Both the position numbers and the translations under genes were made by a program. Shown here piece by piece: positions 61,601 through 64,000 of a stretch of DNA of 64,000 nt. The stretch is from the NCBI RefSeq assembly GCF_018977255.1, contig NW_024704786.1, forward strand, positions 372,001 to 436,000, written 5' to 3'. Numbering within the stretch: position 1 is the first letter of the stretch; the number at the start of each line of letters is the position of its first letter. Source of the DNA: Callorhinchus milii. Lineage: Eukaryota. Below the pieces are notes generated by a model, which saw nothing but the letters and a program-made list of their open reading frames with translations, was not told the DNA's origin and did not search any database.

Positions 61601-64000
61601 ACAGTACTTGCTCTTAAGGATTAAAACCCCAGCCTCACATCACAGCTATTGTCTTTACAGTGCTGGACACCTGGTTCTTGTAGCTGTTAAACCTAAATGT
61701 GCGCTGTAGGATTGAAACTGATGACACTCTTCAAAGTATCAGGTTGCATAGAGAGCGAGCTTCCTGTATGTAGCATCGTAAATCCAATCATTTATTGTCG
61801 TGTAGCAACTGCATTGGCCAACTGGTTGGGCCGTCCACCCGACCTGAAAGGCACTAGATAACTACAATTTGTTGTTGTTGGAATCAGCATTATAATGTGA
61901 TGCAAGAAAAATCCAGCAATGCTTGTTCTAGGTGTAGCAAGACTTCTGGGTCATGCAATAGCTCCACTTGGAGCAAGCTAACCATATAAGGAAATCTTGA
62001 AGCATTACCTGGGTGTGGCTGACAGCACATGAGATCAAGGGGCAGGGCTTTTTATCTGCATAGTTGAGGTTGGTAGTCAACTTGTGAAATCATGCTGTTT
62101 TAAATGTGACTTCATACTTGTGGCTTTTTCTTCCCCTGGAGCTCTTAATGCTGCCACAGTTGACCTGTAACTGAATCACATCGCTGCGACATCTTATTGA
62201 GACTAACTTCCTCTCCCNTTTTTTTAATCTAAAGTTAGTACATAAATGTACAGGCCCAGCATCAGTCACCCTGGGTGTAGTGGAGATTCTGCTCATAAAT
62301 GGTTTTAACCAGGTAAAATGTATGCTCACCACCTGCTTAAGGTGGGTATTGTCTAAATTGCAGTGTATTGCACATAACTCGCGCACACTGTCAAATTGCA
62401 CTTGTAATTGAGCAAAATAACTGGGTTGGGGGGAAAATAATTGAATTCTTGAGATGCTTGCAAAAGATTTTGAGCGCAAAATGCTCACTTTGCTGCCTTT
62501 CGGCAGTAAAATGGGTTGTTTCCCCCACCCCACCCCTCTCATTTTAGTTCACCTTTTCAAAGTGTTGAATTTGTGGAGCCCAGAAGCCATTTTGTTTGGT
62601 GTTGGGGAATTTTAGGTTCCGTCTAACCCACTTGCACAAATTCTGAGGAAGTGTTAGCACAGCGTTGATGTGAATATATTAGCACAGTGTTCACCACAGG
62701 GCTAAATCTATAGAAATAGTGGTTAGTAGCGTTCAATTTATATTGAATCTTGATGAGGTGTGAGTGAACAGAAACATTGCAGGTGATTTCGGATAAATTG
62801 ACGGTTGATGAGCTTTGTTGCGACAGCGAGAATCTATGCAAAAATCGAAATGCTTTGAATATAACTGATCTGGGAAATTTGAAATCACAAAGCAAGTGCT
62901 GTGTTCTTAGGTATCTTTCCAGTTGGCATTTATATAGCTGCCTTCATGTAGGATAATGTCTTGGGAGTGTTTCACAATGTCAGCTCTGTTGCTCCAGGGG
63001 GCACTCTGCTTATTCCCTTCCTCCCCCCCCCTCCTGCACCTCCAGAATATAGTGCGGCAGAGTTTTGGAGTAGCTGGAGATTGTAGATGGGGAACTAATT
63101 CAACCCGTACACTTTCTTCATTATTCCTTCTGAGTTTCATTATGTTTTATGCTCCCAAATCGATGCAAAAACGTTTGATGATTTTGAGCCACCCAATCTC
63201 CGCGACGCCCCTCATCCCCCAGCCCTTCCCTCTGCTCTGCCAACTGAATTCTGTGTGTTAACTTTTGCTGAGAGACATAGCACCTATAAATGGGCAAAAG
63301 TAACTGCTTGATCATTATTATCTTTAGAAAACTTTCTTTTTCAACAACAACTTGCGTTCGTCTAGTGCCCTTCATGCAGGGCAGCGTCTCGGAGTGCTTA
63401 ACTGTGACGGAGCATGTCGCCGAGCCGGGGGTGGGGGGGGGGGGGGAGAGGGGGTGACTGTAAGCACAGTCGAAGAGGAAGGTCTTTAGTTGTGATCTAA
63501 CAGAGAGGAAGGGGGGAGGCACAGTGGAGTGATTGGGGAGAGAGAGCTCCAAAGCTTCGGGCCGCAGTGGCTGAAAGTGCGGCCGCCGGTGGCAGAGGGG
63601 ACAAGCAAAAGGCCAGAACCAACCGAGTGGGTTTTCGAATAGGGAGAAAGTAGTACATAAAGGCCACTGTGTAAATACAAGTTGTTTACTGTTCATAAAA
63701 CACATATCAGCTTACAACTGGTATAAGTCCTGTGAAGTGCTTTGAGACATTTTCGTGACTGGATGTAGCGCGATATTAAATGCAACAATTTTTGACTTCC
63801 CATGGCCTGCCCATCAATTATTTTATCAAACTTATCCTTCAAGTCGCTTCCCCTACTGTATCCTGGCAATGATTAATTGTGATTGTTGCTCAAAGGCCAA
63901 ATTCACCACCAACACTTACTTGAAGCTCTCTTTTGCCAAGCCATCATAAGTTAGTTCTTTGTGCTCATTTTGACGGTAGCGTATGCGCCATATGTACACA

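Overview
This is vertebrate genomic DNA, probably from a cartilaginous fish (inferred from the SINE, L2, CR1 and Penelope-type repeats), in a draft assembly with five N-gaps. It holds five intron-containing genes whose human orthologues lie on 19q13. SLC8A2/NCX2 is present as one ~1.87-kb first coding exon (- strand), BCKDHA is complete (9 exons, 447 aa, -) and sits head-to-head with complete EXOSC5 (6 exons, 221 aa, +). EIF3K has the end of exon 2 through exon 8 (+), with its 5' end lost in a gap, and ACTN4 has exon 1 plus at least 17 kb of intron 1 (+). EXOSC5 and EIF3K each carry a U12-type intron. The first ~47 kb is GC-rich, dense in G-tracts and transposons, with several minisatellites grown out of transposon segments; ACTN4 intron 1 is markedly more AT-rich. 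Almost all other ORF-track entries are low-complexity or repeat artefacts. I found no new multi-gene system. The best leads are a candidate neural microexon, an unsplit NCX2 exon with a Tyr insertion in XIP, directional AT-to-GC drift between repeat copies, degenerate Penelope-type hammerheads, and an unclassified repeat with hairpin monomers. All coordinates were read by eye; repeat boundaries are approximate.
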